Shown here piece after piece: positions 62,903-64,000 of a stretch of DNA of 64,000 nucleotides. The DNA lies in NCBI GenBank assembly GCA_035507705.1, contig DATJNV010000101.1, positions 90,495 through 154,494 on the forward strand, written 5' to 3'. A program made the translations under genes and the position numbers. The stretch is from Acidobacteriaceae bacterium. GTDB lineage: Bacteria; Acidobacteriota; Terriglobia; Terriglobales; Acidobacteriaceae. Within the stretch, counting starts at the first letter, position 1. Each line of letters starts with the position of its first letter. Below the pieces are notes generated by a model that worked only from the letters and a program-made list of their open reading frames with translations, did not search any database and was not told the DNA's origin.

Positions 62903-63496
62903 ATGAGCGAGCAGAATCTGAGCTACGCACCGGAAGCCACCCCTTTGATGGCTGAGGACACGGTCTCGCAGCTTTTTCAGATCGCGGCCCTATTGCTGGG
63001 AAACGAACAAGAAGCCGTTTCACTGGTAGAGGAGACCCTGGCCAGGGTGGAGACGGATCCTTGCGCCGAAGTAACACTGGCATATGCCGAGGCGCGTACT
63101 TTGCTGGTACGCACGGCCGTACAGAGAATGGCCGGACGACACCCGGAAGCGTTTGCGGTTCCGGTGGCACAGCCGGCCGATAACACCTGTATTGAAACCG
63201 ACGATCTTGCAGCAGCGGGCCTGACGGGTGAGCAGTTCGGGGCGATGATCTCCGGCCCGGGGCGCGCGGGAATGCGTGAGTGGCTGGACCGGTTGGCGCC
63301 CGCGTTGCGGGCGGTTTTCGTGCTGCGTGCCGTGGCCGGGCAAAATGGTGAACAGACTGCGGAAAGCCTGCGGCTGAGCGGTGCAACTGGAGCCCAAGCG
63401 TGGCGGCGAGACCAGGTAGGACGCGCCTATCGCCAGGCGCTTTGTTCTCTGGCTACCTGCCTGATGAGTGCGCAGACGGCCCTCATGCCGGCCTGA
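62903..63496 (+). CDS. Divergent ECF-type sigma-70-like protein
   Basis: Region-2-like ALLLGNEQEAVSLVEETLARV and region-4-like LAPALRAVFVLRAVAGQNGEQTAESLRLSGATGAQAWRRDQVGRAYRQAL. Confidence 0.5.
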   Translation: MSEQNLSYAPEATPLMAEDTVSQLFQIAALLLGNEQEAVSLVEETLARVETDPCAEVTLAYAEARTLLVRTAVQRMAGRHPEAFAVPVAQPADNTCIETDDLAAAGLTGEQFGAMISGPGRAGMREWLDRLAPALRAVFVLRAVAGQNGEQTAESLRLSGATGAQAWRRDQVGRAYRQALCSLATCLMSAQTALMPA

Positions 63497-63674
63497 ACCT
63501 GCCTTGATTTGATCGCTGCTTCCGTTCTCACGCCGGTGGAGCCCGGTTCTAGCGCCTTATTGTGTCTCGGGCCTTGTTTAGGCTTTCTTTTTGAATAGTT
63601 CACACCTAATTTGGCATCGAAGTTTGTGCTGGCTTTTTCCGGCCTACAGGTGAAATTCAGAGGTTGACTGCAGG

Positions 63675-64000
63675 ATGATACGAAATCCGGGTGTAACGTG
63701 GGGCACAGGCAGGTTACTGGTTGTGCTTCTGAACCTGGCTTTTTGTTGCCCTGCCCTACTGGCACAGTTTCCGGGTACAGGAGCGAGCGGATCATCCGCA
63801 AATCCCTTAGGCACCCCGGTGCAGGCAACACCAGCGCAAGTGAATAGCAGCACCTATCAGGGCAGCTTGGTGAAGCAAGCACCCGTTGCAGGGGTTTTGC
63901 CGCTCTCGCTCGATCAGGCAATCCGTATGGGTTTGCAGTACAACCTGGGCCTGGTGCTTTCGAGCACCAATGCAGGGTCCGCCGGCGCGCAGCAGTTACA
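63675..64000 (+). CDS. TolC-family outer-membrane efflux protein (5' partial, runs off the window)
   Basis: Signal peptide (GRLLVVLLNLAFCCPALLAQ), then LPLSLDQAIRMGLQYNLGLVLSS, typical of TolC/OprM-family N-termini. Confidence 0.7.
   Translation, partial: MIRNPGVTWGTGRLLVVLLNLAFCCPALLAQFPGTGASGSSANPLGTPVQATPAQVNSSTYQGSLVKQAPVAGVLPLSLDQAIRMGLQYNLGLVLSSTNAGSAGAQQL

Noticed and set aside
1-64000. A search by eye for CRISPR arrays, tRNA/rRNA genes, IS elements, integrases, phage genes, toxin-antitoxin or restriction/defence modules, and long intergenic repeats.
   Set aside because: I found none. The intergenic regions are short (mostly under 350 bp) and showed no cloverleaf-like or spaced direct-repeat structure. 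A computational scan (tRNAscan-SE, Infernal/Rfam, ISfinder, DefenseFinder/PADLOC) is still needed to exclude small RNAs and cryptic elements.

Overview
This is a high-GC (roughly 58-60% by eye), gene-dense chromosomal segment. About 50 credible CDS sit on both strands, mostly in short, tightly packed or overlapping operons. The gene content suggests an Acidobacteriota (Terriglobia-like) chromosome: a giant Ig/FG-GAP/NHL surface protein, CHAD-Ppx-Ppk1, a dnaK-dnaJ-hspR operon, and many secreted or TPR proteins. That assignment is inference only. I recognised no rRNA, tRNA, CRISPR array, transposase, integrase, phage module or classic defence island. Most genes are housekeeping: fdhA, gltX, thiL, rsmI, rsmD, hemW, ltaE, lpxB, dnaK/dnaJ, treY, malQ, ppx and ppk1. 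I cannot point to one clear-cut novel system. The stretches most worth a second look are listed here. (1) A CysM / JAMM protease / ThiS-MoaD-type sulfur carrier / E1-rhodanese (MoeZ-like) operon, whose carrier has a six-residue tail (CADRKE) after its Gly-Gly. (2) Two metalloprotease-fold proteins with substituted catalytic motifs, each inside a housekeeping operon: an M50/CBS protein with RExxR in place of HExxH upstream of rsmI, and an M1/TPR protein with NTxxH...N in place of HExxH...E downstream of an MsbA-like gene and lpxB. An intact M1 paralog elsewhere in the window serves as an internal control. (3) A 1978-aa secreted repeat protein carrying two copies of a ~170-aa module I cannot assign to a family. 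(4) A secreted glycine-zipper protein ending in an extreme Tyr/Pro dipeptide-repeat tail. (5) A dnaK-orf56-dnaJ-hspR operon with a HAIR-like operator and no grpE. (6) A polyphosphate neighbourhood (CHAD, ppx, sixA, ppk1) with unusual gene overlaps. (7) A possible frameshifted Pro/Asp-rich tail. (8) A MarR-linked pair made of a membrane protein and a methyltransferase. Many long ORFs in the supplied track are antisense shadow ORFs typical of GC-rich DNA, and I rejected them.
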